Shown piece by piece: positions 1 to 13,263 of a stretch of 64,000 nt of DNA (positions are counted from its first letter, which is position 1; each line of letters starts with the position of its first letter). This stretch comes from Macrostomum lignano (lineage: Eukaryota), in contig NIVC01001091.1 of assembly GCA_002269645.1 (NCBI GenBank), positions 1-64,000 of the forward strand, read 5' to 3'. The notes under the pieces were generated by a model, which saw nothing but the letters and a program-made list of their open reading frames with translations, did not search any database and was not told the DNA's origin. A program made the translations under genes and the position numbers.

Positions 1-1504
1 CCTAAACGAATACGAGGAGCTGCCGCTGGATGCGCTCACCTACCTGACTGGCGAGTGCAACTATGGCGGTCGTGTTACCGACGACAAGGACAGGCGACTG
101 CTCAACTCCCTGCTCAACATCTTCTATGTGCCTGCAGTTGTTACGGATGAGAACTACAGGTGAGTTTCTCTTTATTCTACAATGCTTTACGACAGCTATG
201 CTCTCAGATAACAGATTCTGTGCTCTTTTTGAGTGCAAAAATTACAAGTTTTTTGCACGAATTGTTTCAGGTTCTCAGCCAGTGGCCACTACTACGCCCA
301 AAGGGGCGTCCATACCAGTCCTATGTTGACTACATCCGCAGTCTGCCGCTTAATCCGCTGCCAGAAGTCTATGGTCTCCACGACAACGCGACATCACCAA
401 GGACAACCAGGAAACTAACCAACTATTCGACGAATTTGCTGACTCTTCCGCGCGAATCTGACGGAGAAGGCAAATCGCCCGGCCACTATTCAAGAGCTGG
501 CGGCTGACATTCTAGCCAAGTTGCCGAAGAACTTTGATCTTGAGATGGTGCGTATTATCATCCTCAAGCTCACTGACAGGACAGTGTAACGCATATTACG
601 TCTAATTATTTCAGGTGATGGAGAAATATCCAGTGGAGTACACCGAGTCCATGAACACTGTGCTGCGCCAGGAGCTGATTCGGTTCAACCGTCTGATCTC
701 AGTTGTACGCGAGACTCTGCAGAACTTGCAGAAAGCCATCAAAGGTCTGGTCGTTATGTCATCGGAGCTCGAGAACGTATTCACATCGATGCTAGTTGGC
801 AAGGTGCCAGCAGTCTGGGCTGCAAAGTCCTACCCGTCGCTGAAGCCGCTCGGCAGCTACGTCAACGACCTACTCGCTCGGCTGAAATTCTTGCAGACTT
901 GGGTCGATTCGGCGCGCCGCCGACTTTCTGGATCTCCGGATTCTATTTCACGCAGTCGTTCCTCACGGTGTGCTGCAGAACTACGCCAGAAAGTACACCA
1001 TACCCATCGACACCGTAAGCTTCGAGTTCGAAGTCACCAAGGAGCCGGAGTACATCAACGAGAAGCCGGAGGATGGCGCCTACGTCAGCGGCTTGTTCCT
1101 CGAGGGCGCCCGCTGGGATCACGAGGGAGGCGTACTGACGGAATCCTATCCCAAGATCCTGTTCGACACACTACCAGTGGTGCGTACATAGCTTAGTACA
1201 TGTAGCTTAGTACATGTAGCGCAGCCGTACAAGTTACTGAAGTGTGAGGGATATGGTGGTATGACACACTACTTGTTTATTTTTTCGCATTTTTTCAGCT
1301 CTGGCTGAAGCCGGCCAAAACCGCTGACATCGACAAGACTGGCACGTACGACTGCCCGGTGTACAAGACGTCCGCCCGCCGAGGAGTGCTGTCAACAACG
1401 GGCACAGCACCAACTTTGTGCTGCTGATCTTCCTGGCCACGAAGCAGCCACCACAGCATTGGATTAACAGAGGCGTAGCCGCACTCTGCCAGCTGGACGA
1501 CTGA
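1..1504 (+). CDS. DNAH3: Axonemal dynein heavy chain, C-terminal part (DNAH3-like); exons 1-159, 271-547, 615-1179, 1299-1504; gene starts upstream of the window; about 7 single-base deletions break the frame
   Basis: Translates to [93 protein letters not shown], which recall the human DNAH3 C-terminus. GT-AG introns at 160-270, 548-614 and 1180-1298 keep phase. Confidence 0.85.
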
Positions 1505-2517
1505 GTAGGAGGAAGATGGGAGTGACTTGTTTTTGTCTAAAACCAATTGAACTTATCTCTATTGTTTTTGACAATAATTTGTTTCGTTAATTCGAATTTC
1601 GCTCACGGTGTTTCTTCGTGACAGCGGCTTTAATGTATTGTTGCTTAGGATTTTCTTTAATGCTCTTGTGTAACTTTAACCTTTTTTATTTTCTAGACTG
1701 ATCAGTCAAGTCAGCTATCCAAAAAACACAAAAATTTACAAATCAACAAATTTTCTGCAGAAAGAATCTGCATGCTGCCACATTGGATATTCATTACCCG
1801 CTGGATAGCCACTTATTGGTCAGAACTTTTCCGTATTCCGAAACACAAACCATTCGAATTCGTACCTGTAGAGAGCCAATCAGACAAACAAAACACAGTT
1901 TGTTGGAGCTTTTCTTCCTGTCGACGCGCAACTCAACGACCCGTTGTTTTGTTTCTTGTAACTTTGATGCACTCCCCCCACCCAGATTATCACCAGATCT
2001 GCTAACCGCTCTTAAATAATAAGTATTCTTTCAGTTGTATAGTTAGATACGCTTAGTACGTCTATATTCTTTTTTAATTTTCCTGTACTTTTCTTTTACT
2101 AAAAATCTTCTTCATAGATATGGTGCACTTTCCAAGCTTTTTTACGTTCTTTCTCTTTGCCGAACAACATTGGTTTGGTCTCACTTCTGTATTGTTATTT
2201 TTAAAAGCGTTCAAGCTGAAGATCTGATTCAATAAACGTTTTTAACAAAATTGCTTCGATATATGCTCGAAAACTCTGAAACAGATAGTGATCAGAGGAG
2301 TTATTCATACTTATATATCCCTCCAGATGAATAGTGCTATTTTCTAATGTGATTTAACACATGGCGCAGAAAGGGATAAAAATCGGTTTTTTTCTAAATA
2401 TAAAAGTCTAGATCCGTGCTTTGCTGAAGTCTCGAATTTTTTTCAAAGTGGCATTCTCATTCTCATTCTCAGTGTTTTTCTTATGCTAAAATTCACTACG
2501 ATTTTGATTGACAGGGG

Positions 2518-2696
2518 CTTTCATATCTCCGAAAAATGGTGTATCTTCGAAAAGCAGTTCTTTCACTACTCCGACACTTCATATCTCCGAAATAGGTTGT
2601 TGTTAGGGCTACGGTGTGGGTGAATGAGGCTGCTAAACTGAAGTTTCGGTGATATGAAGTGTCATGGATATGAAGTATAAAGATTCGAAGATATGG
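2518..2696. repeat. Fold-back (nested inverted repeat) element
   Basis: CACTTCATATCTCCGAA (2575-2591) pairs with TTCGGTGATATGAAGTG (2645-2661); outer ATCTTCGAA / TTCGAAGAT arms. Confidence 0.5.
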
Positions 2697-2858
2697 CTGA
2701 AGTTAAAACGAAAATATACACAATAGAATGCAAAAAGTAGTCTATAGAGAACAGAGCATGTAAATTTAGCATTTTTAAACCAATTGACCCCTGCGAGTAG
2801 GAGCAAGCAAGTTAATCCTTATCGAAAGAATCAAGCTATTGAAGTTGAGCCTTTTGAT

Positions 2859-3374
2859 TGTCTATGGCCCAAAACGGGGGTCAAGGAAGCGACCACTTTA
2901 GGTTTTATTGGACAAACAATATGTTTCGTAGATATGGCAAACGAATAATTTAGAGAGCAGAGCAAGATGAAACGGATAAGCAGAAATCCTGCGCAATACA
3001 AGCAACGAAAAGTACAACCTGATTTTCTATGCCATCGAGCGGGGTGACAATGCTGAGCATATTTACGCGATGGCGGAACGTAAATAGAAAAACAATGAAT
3101 TCTATTAGGCGTCGCTATATGAAATCACGGGACATGGCGGGGCGCGCACCACGAGGTGGCGATCGTGTAACACTGCCTACAGTTGAGAGTTGAAAGAGTT
3201 GACTTTGAACGAGATACCTGGTAATAATGACTTTGAAAGGGTTGCAAAGCAAGCTAACTGATTATCCAGAAATTGTTTCAGCAAATACAAGACGGATTTA
3301 CTGTGAAAAAGATTTATTGAGTGGGCAAATTCTCAAATTGGTTGCTCCACAGACCCCCTTCTGGGCCATAGACA
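2859..3374. mobile_element. Putative non-autonomous TIR element (about 515 bp)
   Basis: Perfect 15-bp inverted repeat ATTGTCTATGGCCCA (2857-2871) / TGGGCCATAGACAAT (3362-3376), extending imperfectly to GGGGGTC / GACCCCC; possible AT target duplication. Confidence 0.5.
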
Positions 3375-3376
3375 AT

Positions 3377-3569
3377 GGGCCGTATGCAGAAAGCCTAGTC
3401 CAGACTAGCTAGTCCGGACTTGGGTAGTTCAGTCTATAGTCTATGGTCTAGCTAGCCTAGTTCTGCTATAGTAGACTGGTCTAACTTTGTGTTTCTGCAT
3501 ACCAAATCCAAGTCTAGACTAGCTTTTCAAGACCGGACTACCCTAGACAGAGCTTTCTGCATACGGCCC
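3377..3569. mobile_element. MITE, PIF/Harbinger-like (193 bp)
   Basis: Perfect 18-bp TIR GGGCCGTATGCAGAAAGC / GCTTTCTGCATACGGCCC; 3-bp TSD AAT (3374-3376 and 3570-3572); many internal CTAG palindromes. Confidence 0.8.
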
Positions 3570-3958
3570 AATTACTCACGCGCTGCTCCGGGCGAGAGGA
3601 ATTGCCGTGGAATTGTCGTAGAATTGCCGTGGAATTGCTATGGAAATTTCGTGTAGTTGCCTGAAAACAAGTACAGAAAATCTGGATTCTCACAGTTTCG
3701 TGGATAGACCAGTACGTAGACTACCAATTCAAACACTCACTCTTGTGTGTTATTTTTGCATTCAGTTATTTTTTAAATAACTGAATTAAAGTTAAATAAC
3801 TGAAAAAATAACTGTTATTCAGTTATTTTTGCATTGCTGTAGAAAAGCGTGGCTTGCTAAACACTTCGAAGCTCAGAAACTTTTTTCAGCCGACAAGCCT
3901 GGGAGTCACTTCTGCGTGCCTAAGAGGGGCGAGATTCGAATATTCAAAGTAAATAAAT

Positions 3959-4677
3959 ATGCCAACGAGACCAATCGATCTCAGCTTACTGAAGCCAACA
4001 GGGTTCCGGCTTCTTGACAATGAGTGTCTTAATGGCCGAGTCTGTCTGCCCTCCTGCTCCGCCTGCCTTGGCTTAGCTTTCAACGCTTGGCGAACGCCTC
4101 ACGGCTGCCGGCTGTGCGGCTACTGTCGCGGTTGCTGCTTCGGGTGCCAGGAGGCCGACTTCCCGTGTCCCGGCCGACTGCCCGGCTGCTCCGGTCAGGT
4201 GGTGTCGCGTTGGAGCGACTGGCGGCGGGACGACATTGCCAGACAGCAACTGATGAACGTCCTGGTCTATTGTCCGAATTTTCTCGTCGGTTGCAGCTTT
4301 GTTGGCGAGTTTCATACGCTGCAGAGTCACGTGACACAGCGCTGCGACAGACGCTCGACTCGCTGCACCCGGTGCAACCGGATGGTCCGCCAGGCTGGCT
4401 TGCAAATGCACCAGCTGAGTGACGAGTGCCGGCAATTCGTTTTAACCAACTTTGGCAGCTACAACGGCCAGGAGGTTAGCTTGGGATATGGGATGTGAAC
4501 GGACGAAACAAGTGTTAGGATGAAGTGTAACTGTTTTAACTTTTTAATCTATCTATATATCTATGTATGTATGTATCTATCTATCTATATATCTTATCTT
4601 ATCTTATCTTATCTTTTCTTATCTTATCTTTTCTTATCTTATCCTATCTTATCTTGTCTTATCTTATCTTATCTTAT

Positions 4678-4708
<31 letters not shown>

Positions 4709-4747
4709 CTATCTTATCTTATCTTATCTTATCCTATCTTATCTTAT

Positions 4748-4779
<32 letters not shown>

Positions 4780-4822
4780 TATCTTATCCTATCTTATCCT
4801 ATCTTATCCTATCTTATCTTAT

Positions 4823-4854
<32 letters not shown>

Positions 4855-4952
4855 TATCTTATTATCTGATCCTTCAGATCTCTCCACTCAGAGCATATTA
4901 TATAAACTCAAGACTGAGCAGCTGTTCCAGGTCAGAATCTTATAATATCTGA
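3959..4952 (+). CDS. TRAF-like protein N-terminus (variant RING + TRAF-type zinc fingers); exon 3959-4474, tentative last exon 4878-4952
   Basis: CSAC-x11-HGCRLCGYC...CP followed by D..RQQLMNVLVYCPNFLVGCSFVGEFHTLQSHVTQRC..RCTRC..MHQLSDEC, the RING-to-zinc-finger layout of TRAF proteins. Donor GAG|GTTAGC at 4475; acceptor TTCAG|4878 after the microsatellite. No MATH domain seen. Confidence 0.65.
4560..4865. repeat. (TCTTA)n microsatellite, intronic
   Basis: Direct reading; preceded by short TCTA/TATG runs. Confidence 0.95.
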
Positions 4953-5362
4953 AGTAGTTTCTAGCTTTATGATTTATACAGCTTGGCGGCACAAAAATTG
5001 CCTTTTTTGCACTCTAATTGACTATCCCAATTAAAATGATAAAGTATATTATTTCCCTGAGTTTTTTACTGTCTCTGTTGACTATATTTCAATGCCCTTC
5101 TTTTTACTTACGTAGTTTGCTGCCAGAAAATTAACAAAACACAAATAAATTGTCCCAACAATGGAATCGAGCAAAATCATTATGCATCGAGTTTTCAAAA
5201 TTGTAATCGTGTATTTTTTTAATACATTGTCAAGTTTTCACAGGTATGATCACAGAATATGATTGCAAGCCGCACTTACTCTGAAACTTACCCAACGAGC
5301 GAACTGTCGTCCTTTATATATTCCAGAATTGGCTGATTGAAATACGAGTGGTGCCCCTAGAT

Positions 5363-5625
5363 CAGGGGTCGGCAAACTCCGGCCCCGGGCCACATGGGGC
5401 CCGCAAGCCACTCTATCCGGCCCTCGGGTTCTTCGAAACTTCACAATAGATATCCAGCCCGCTTAAGGTTTGTGTCTCTTCTCAGTTTTTTGCTAATCTC
5501 CTCTCCTTTCTCATCTTCCTCTCCCCTCTCCCCTCTCTCTCTCTTCCACTTCCCCTCTCTTCTCCCCCTCCTCTCACTCCTCTCCTTTCTCCCATTCTCT
5601 CCCCTCTCTCCTTCCCCCTCTCTCC
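5363..5625 (+). mobile_element. Truncated non-autonomous hAT-like element, copy 1, with internal CT-rich expansion
   Basis: Starts with the TIR CAGGGGTCGGCAAAC after a CCCTAGAT site. Shares AACTTCACAATAG and AAGGTTTGTGTCTCTTCTCAG with the reverse complement of 37652-38150. Right TIR is missing. Confidence 0.7.
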
Positions 5626-5667
5626 TTTAGATCGTAAAGATCATAAAGCGCACAGTGCAATACTTAC

Positions 5668-6585
<918 letters not shown>

Positions 6586-7471
6586 ATTCTGCTCAGAATC
6601 CTTGTGAACAGCAAAACGCTTGTTGGAACGCAGAAATTATTCAAACATGTCTTCCAGCTCGCCAATTTATAGCAGTGGGTTGAGCAGTGATAATACTGAA
6701 AGCTTTGAATCAGGATTTAGACAATAGAATTTAAACATTGCTGCTTGGCCGAACAATGAAATATGAACAAATAGGAAGGAGAGAAGCAAATAATTGTTAC
6801 TTCAATCATCAATTAATTGGATGCTCAAGACTTTCTAGAAACGTTTTCCTATGATTATCTTTCAGCTGTGATTAAAATTAATAAAATTCTTAGAGAGCCT
6901 TTGTTCGCCCAAGGACTACTAAAGTAACAAGTAAAGTAAACTTAAGTTGTCCTTGTTTTCGCCTACTATTAGTAGTTCACATTATGTACAAGCGTAGAGT
7001 TTTACACCATAAAAAATAGATCTCGCACAGCTCGTTTCTAAATTTCTTTCGGCTTGTTGGCGATAAGCCGTGGCTTCTATCGGCTCGGTTGAATCGATTG
7101 CTAATCATAGGAGAGAGAGAGGGGGGAGTCAGGGCAAGGCGAATGGGACGCAACCCTCCCCTCCCCCAGTGCACCTCCTTGTAGGCAGTAGGGACCCGAC
7201 AGTGGCTTTCGTGGAGTTAAGCCCCTGAGCAAACACCGTCAACTCAGATCTCGTGAATTTGCTGCAATATGGCGCTGCTAATAGTTAAGTACTCGTATGC
7301 TGCCCGGCTGTATGCGCCACTCCTTTCTCAGTTTTGGGTAAGAACGAACCCTCCCCTCTAGTGAGTCCACTTTTAGCATAAAAAGACTCAAGCAAATTCT
7401 TGCAACATCGAGTCAGCGAAACTAAAGTATTGAAACCTGAAGACGCACGCTTCGAATAAACAAAGTCAATT

Positions 7472-10400
7472 ATGGGTGTTTGCAGTTGTTGCACCTCCTG
7501 CCTGGCCAAGAGCATTCTGGGCATCGTCAACTCCGTGTTCATGGTGAGATGCTTCTGGGTTTGCTAACCCAGAAACTGTTTGCTAAGAAAGTACACCGGT
7601 AACTTTGTGGGAATCAAATCAAGTTACCGGTTAAATTTCAGTACAAAACCAGCACAAAAATAGGGCATTCTGTAACAACTATTAGCGCACATGTTAGGCA
7701 GAATTAGTCAACAGGATCAGGGTTCTTGCAGATAACAGGTCTCTTGGAAGAATACAAATTAATTATTGATTGCACGTGTCCCAATTAGGCCAGATGTGCA
7801 ACCGACAGCTCAGCCGCAGCTATTGCGCGGCGCATCTGAAGGCTGCGTACGGCTGTTCAGTCCAAGGACTGGGAGGTCGCCGCACACACCCTCAATTACC
7901 CCAGCTAATGCTGGCACCCATTTTACAGCTGGGTGAACTGAAGCAATGCAGAGTTAAGTGTCTTGCTCAAGGATACGAATTGTTATGAGTGGGTCGAGAA
8001 TCGAACCCCCGACCTTTCAGTCGTGAGTCCCACGCTCTGACCACAAGGCTAGAATGCCCAACAACGAATAATAGAGTGCTATATGGGCAAAAGCCAATTC
8101 CAATGCTTTCAGCTATCTTTCATGTAAACTATTGCTTACATTGCATTCGCAACCGCACCGCAGACTGTGGGCATTTTGCTTACAATATTCGGCGCACTAT
8201 TCTACTGGGGCCAGCAGGCTGTGTACAACTGGATCAGCTCTATGCTGGCCAAGTCTGATGTCGGCTCAACTAGGCAGATTTCGCTTGAAGAAATCCAGGC
8301 TGTGCTGGGCGCCTGGTCCCGGTACTTGAGTGAGTACGCTCATAGCTCGTATATAGCTCGTAACTCGTGCATACCGTGGGATCTTTACTGAGCAGGTAAT
8401 TAATAAATTGCAGCTTACGCCGGAGTGATTCTGTTCGGCCTGGGAATTGCGCTAGTCGGTCTGGCTATAATTGGCTACATTGGCATGTGCTGCGAGTTCA
8501 AAGTTCTTGTCATCGCTGTGAGTTCATCTACGCCATTTGTTTACAAATGCATTTCCTATTTACAGGTCTATAAGTTAATAGTCCAAGGACTGGGGAGTCG
8601 CCACACACCCTCAATTACCCCAGTTAATGCTGGCAGCTGGGTGAACCGAAGCAATGCAGAGTTAAGTGTCCTGCTCAAGGACACAAATTGTTCCAGTAGG
8701 ATTGGGAATCGAACCCCCGACCTTCAAGTTATGAGTCCGACGCTTTAACTATTAGGCCACAACCCCTACAGCTTGTAGCTCGTAGTATACGTTGTAATTA
8801 AGCTAATCAAGGAAGTCATCTTACATGACTTTCAATCCTACATGACTTCCAATCCTACATGACTTCCAATCCTACATGACTTCCAACCCTACATGACTTC
8901 CTTGATCACGTTTCAACTTCGAGACCCATGGACAAGAACCACAAAGTTTAATTTAATAGGGATGAGTGCTACTGGGTTAATTGTTAATGTCCATGTACAT
9001 ATACTCTGGTACATATACCCTGGGTATATGTATATATATGTATGTATGTATATATATGTAAACATATACCCTTGGTATATGTACCTAGGCGAATTTAGTT
9101 AAAAAACCATGAGGTACAATTTTATTTTGACCATCATTTAAAACAGCAGTGGACAATCAGTCTTCAAAAACTATTATTTTTATTGCACATCAACTGAAAA
9201 TGTAATTATTTGAGCTGTCATAGCAAGACACCAGTTGGTCTATAGAAGCATCTGTTGATAAAAGCATGCACAGAACAGATAAGCTATCGGTGGACACAAT
9301 GACATCTCGACCTACTTTCCATTGTCCCAGTACACTGTGACAGTCGGCGCCTTCGGTGTTGGCTGCATCGGCGTCGTGATCAGCTACGGCGTATTCAAAA
9401 AGGACATGGTGCACTTTGGCAGGACTGAGATGCTCAAACTGCTGCGTCAGCGATATAATAATAGCGGAACGCCGAATGAGTTCACTACGATTTTGGATCT
9501 GATTCAGGCTCGGGTGAGCTTCATAACTGAAGTGGCACAATGTCGCGACAAGAAAATTCCGACTCTTAGTGTGAACTGTTGTACTGAATTGTTGTGGCTG
9601 TAGTGTATCATGATTTGATGGCTGTGTGGAATGGGGGACTGCAGTGTGGGTGTGGGACAGCATTGTGGGGTGGTGGGACAGCAGTGTGGGTGTAAAACAG
9701 CAGTGCGGGATATGAGACAGCATTGTGGGGTGGTGGGACAGCAGTGTGGGATTTGGGACAGCAGTGTGGGATGTGGGACATCAGTCTGGGATTTGGGACA
9801 GCAGTGTGGGATATGTACAGCAGTGTGGGATATGGTACAGCAGTGTGGGATATGGGGCAGTAGTGTGGGATATGTACAGAAGTGTGGGATATGATACAGC
9901 AGTGTGGGATATGGGACAGCAGTGTGGGATATGATACAGCAGTGTGGGATATGATACAGCAGTGTGGGATATGTACAGCAGTGTGGGATATGGGACAGCA
10001 GTGTGGGATGTGGGACAGCAGTGTGGGATATGATACAGCAGTGTGGGATATGATACAGCAGTGTGGGATATGATACAGCAGTGTGGGATATGATACAGCA
10101 GTGTGGGATATGATACAGCAGTATGGGATATTATAAAGCAGTGTGGGATGTGATACAGCAGCGTGGGATATGGGACAGCAGTGTGGGATATGATACAGCA
10201 GTGTGGGGTGTGGGACAGCAGTATGGGATATGATAAAGCAGTGTGGGATGTGATACAGCAGCGTGGGATATGGGACAGCAGTGTGGGATATGATACAGCA
10301 GTGTGGGATGTGTACAGCAGTGTGGGATATGAGACAGCAGTGTGGGGTGTAAGACAGCAGTGTGGGATATGGGACAGCAGTGTGGGATGTGGGACAGCAG

Positions 10401-13263
10401 TGTGGGATATGGGACAGCAGTGTGGGATATGAGACAGCAGTGTGGAATGTGGGACAGCAGTGTGGGATATGAGACAGCAGTGTGGGATATGATACAGCAG
10501 TGTGGGATATGGTACAGCAGTGTGGGATATGATACAGCAGTGTGGGATATGTACAGCAGTGTGGGATATGATACAGCAGTGTGGGATATGGTACAGCAGT
10601 GTGGGATATGGTACAGCAGTGTGGGATATTATACAACAGTGTGGGATATGATACAGCAGTATGGGATATTATACAGCAGTGTGGGATATGATACAGCAGT
10701 GTGGGATATGTACAGCAGTGTGGGATGTGGGACAGCAGTGTGGGATATGATACAGCAGTGTGGGATATGATACAGCAGTGTGGGATATTATACAACAGTG
10801 TGGGATATGATACAGCAGTATGGGATATGTACAGCAGTGTGGGATATGGGACAGCAGTGTGGGATGTGGGACAGCAGTGTGGGATATGATACAGCAGTGT
10901 GGGATATGATACAACAGTGTGGGATATGGGACAGCAGTGTGGGATATGATACAGCAGTGTGGGATATGATACAGCAGTGTGGGATATTATACAACAGTGT
11001 GGGATATGATACAGCAGTATGGGATATGTACAGCAGTGTGGGATATGGGACAGCAGTGTGGGATGTGGGACAGCAGTGTGGGATATGATACAGCAGTGTG
11101 GGATATGATACAATAGTGTGGGATATGGGACAGCAGTGTGGGATATGATACAGCAGTATGGGATGTGATACAGCAGTGTGGGATATGGGACAGCATTATG
11201 GGATGTGGTACAGCAGTGTGGGATATGGGACAGCAGTGTGGGATATGATACAGCAGTATGGGATGTGATACAGCAGTGTGGGATATGGGACAGCAGTATG
11301 GGATGTGGTACAGCAGTGTGGGATATGGGACAGCAGTGTGGGATATGGGACAGCAGTATGGGATGTGGTACAGCATTATGGGATGTGGTACAGCAGTGTG
11401 GGATATGGGACAGCATTATAGGATGTGGTACAGCAGTGTGGGATATGGGACAGCAGTGTGGGATATGGGACAGCAGTATGGGATGTGGTACAGCATTATG
11501 GGATGTGGTACAGCAGTGTGGGATATGGGACAGCAGTATGGGATGTGGTACAGCAGTGTGGGATATGAGACAGCAGTATGGGATGTGGTACAGCAGTGTG
11601 GGATATGGGACAGCAGTATGGGATATGGGACAGCAGTATGGGATGTGGTACAGCAGTGTGGGATATGGGACAGCATTATAGGATGTGGTACAGCAGTGTG
11701 GGATATGGGACAGCAGTATGGGATATGGGACAGCAGTATGGGATGTGGTACAGCAGTGTGGGATATGGGACAGCAGTATGGGATGTGGTACAGCAGTATG
11801 GGATATGGGACAGCAGTATGGGATATGGGACAGCAGTATGGGATGTGGTACAGCAGTGTGGGATATGGGACAGCAGTATGGGATGTGGTACAGCAGTGTG
11901 GGATATGGGACAGCAGTATGGGATATGGGACAGCAGTATGGGATATGGGACAGCAGTATGGGATATGGGACAGCAGTATGGGATGTGGTACAGCATGCAT
12001 CTTAAAGCGCCCCTGATAAGTGCATGTACAATATTTGAGTCGCACATGAATGACTGGAGCGATTGCCATTGCATTTTCCAATGCAAACAAATTCCAGATG
12101 CCGTGCTGCGGAGTCGATAACTACACAGACTTCTACAATTCCACTGGCTGGAATAGGACTTACATTCAAGACAAAGTCGAGTACAGTGAGTATACCCGGG
12201 CAAGCGTGTTAGTTGTCGCTATTTTACAAAATTTTTTTAGAAACTAACTGATTTTACCTGGCATTTTGCAGACCTAACGGCCCCGATCTCCTGCTGCATG
12301 ATCACTGGCCCCTCTATGCGACCCGACTATCCTGAGTGCGTCTCGGCGCCCAACTCCAACAATAGCAACTATATGGTTGGTGGTTGCTATGGCAAACTGT
12401 GGGCAATGTTTGATAATTATTCGGCTTACACTATGTACGCATTGGGAGTCACAGCGGCTGTATGCGTGAGTGATCTTTGTTATGCAAAATGGCTTGCCCG
12501 AATACCGCATCTGCATCTGCTCTGCTTCTGCTCTGCTTCTGCTCTGCTTCTGCTCTGCTTCTGCTCTGCTTCTGCTCTGCTTCTGCTCTGCTTCTGCTCT
12601 GCTTCTGCTCTGCTTCTGCTCTGCTTCTGCTCTGCTTCTGCTCTGCTTCTGCTCTGCTTCTGCTCTGCTTCTGCTCTGCTTCTGCTCTGCTTCTGCTCTG
12701 CTTCTGCTCTGCTTCTGCTCTGCTTCTGCTCTGCTTCTGCTCTGCTTCTGCTCTGCTTCTGCTCTGCTTCTGCTCTGCTTCTGCTCTGCTTCTGCTCTGC
12801 TTCTGCTCTGCTTCTGCTCTGCTTCTGCTCTGCTTCTGCTCTGCTTCTGCTCTGCTTCTGCTCTGCTTCTGCTCTGCTTCTGCTCTGCTTCTGCTCTGCT
12901 TCTGCTCTGCTTCTGCTCTGCTTCTGCTCTGCTTCTGCTCTGCTTCTGCTCTGCTTCTGCTCTGCTTCTGCTCTGCTTCTGCTCTGCTTCTGCTCTGCTT
13001 CTGCTCTGCTTCTGCTCTGCTTCTGCTCTGCTTCTGCTCTGCTTCTGCTCTGCTTCTGCTCTGCTTCTGCTCTGCTTCTGATCTGCTTCTGCTCTGCTTC
13101 TGCATTTCTACGTTTTCGTCCTAATGTTTCATAAATGTATTAAAACTAATAATCTTTATTACTATTTTAGTAATTTTAGTAATTCCTAATATGCTCCTAA
13201 TTCCAATTCCAGGCCTGCATTGTGGTCCTTGCAATTCTAGTCTTGTGTGACATGTTCGACTGA
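7472..13263 (+). CDS. Tetraspanin 1 (about 285 aa); exons 7472-7543, 8164-8329, 8414-8517, 9331-9513, 12098-12185, 12272-12465, 13213-13263
   Basis: Four hydrophobic segments, N-terminal Cys cluster, large loop with CCG, PISCC and GC (6 Cys); all splice phases are consistent and the frame is intact. Confidence 0.92.
7759..8059 (-). mobile_element. tRNA-derived SINE, full-length copy 1
   Basis: Minus strand begins GGGCATTCTAGCCTTGTGG (A box) ... GGTTCGATTC (B box), then TCCTTGAGCAAGACACTTAAC and CACCCAGCTGTAAAATGGGTGCCAGC, with an AT-rich tail; matches 34729-35011. Confidence 0.85.
8578..8766 (-). mobile_element. tRNA-derived SINE, partial copy 2
   Basis: Same head (GGACTCATAACTTGAAGGTCGGGGGTTCGATTCCC) and central block as copy 1; 3' part missing. 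Confidence 0.8.
8820..8900. repeat. 17-bp tandem repeat (CTACATGACTTCCAATC) x about 5
   Basis: Direct reading. Confidence 0.85.
9640..11995. repeat. 20-bp minisatellite (CAGCAGTGTGGGATATGRKA), about 2.35 kb, tetraspanin 1 intron 4
   Basis: Direct reading; 18-bp variants on the left, alternating 40-bp dimers on the right. Confidence 0.97.
12508..13101. repeat. 11-bp repeat (CTGCTCTGCTT)n, tetraspanin 1 intron 6
   Basis: Direct reading; nearly perfect. Confidence 0.97.

Noticed and set aside
4520-4945. Hydrophobic LILSY-repeat ORFs
   Set aside because: They are translations of the (TCTTA)n microsatellite.
7985-8059. Functional tRNA gene (also 8690-8766 and 34960-35011)
   Set aside because: Only degenerate tRNA-like SINE heads; the acceptor stems do not close and the copies disagree in the anticodon region.
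9608-13134. Cys/His-rich or repetitive ORFs (602 aa, 278 aa, etc.)
   Set aside because: They are translations of the 20-bp and 11-bp arrays inside tetraspanin introns that are bounded by good splice sites.
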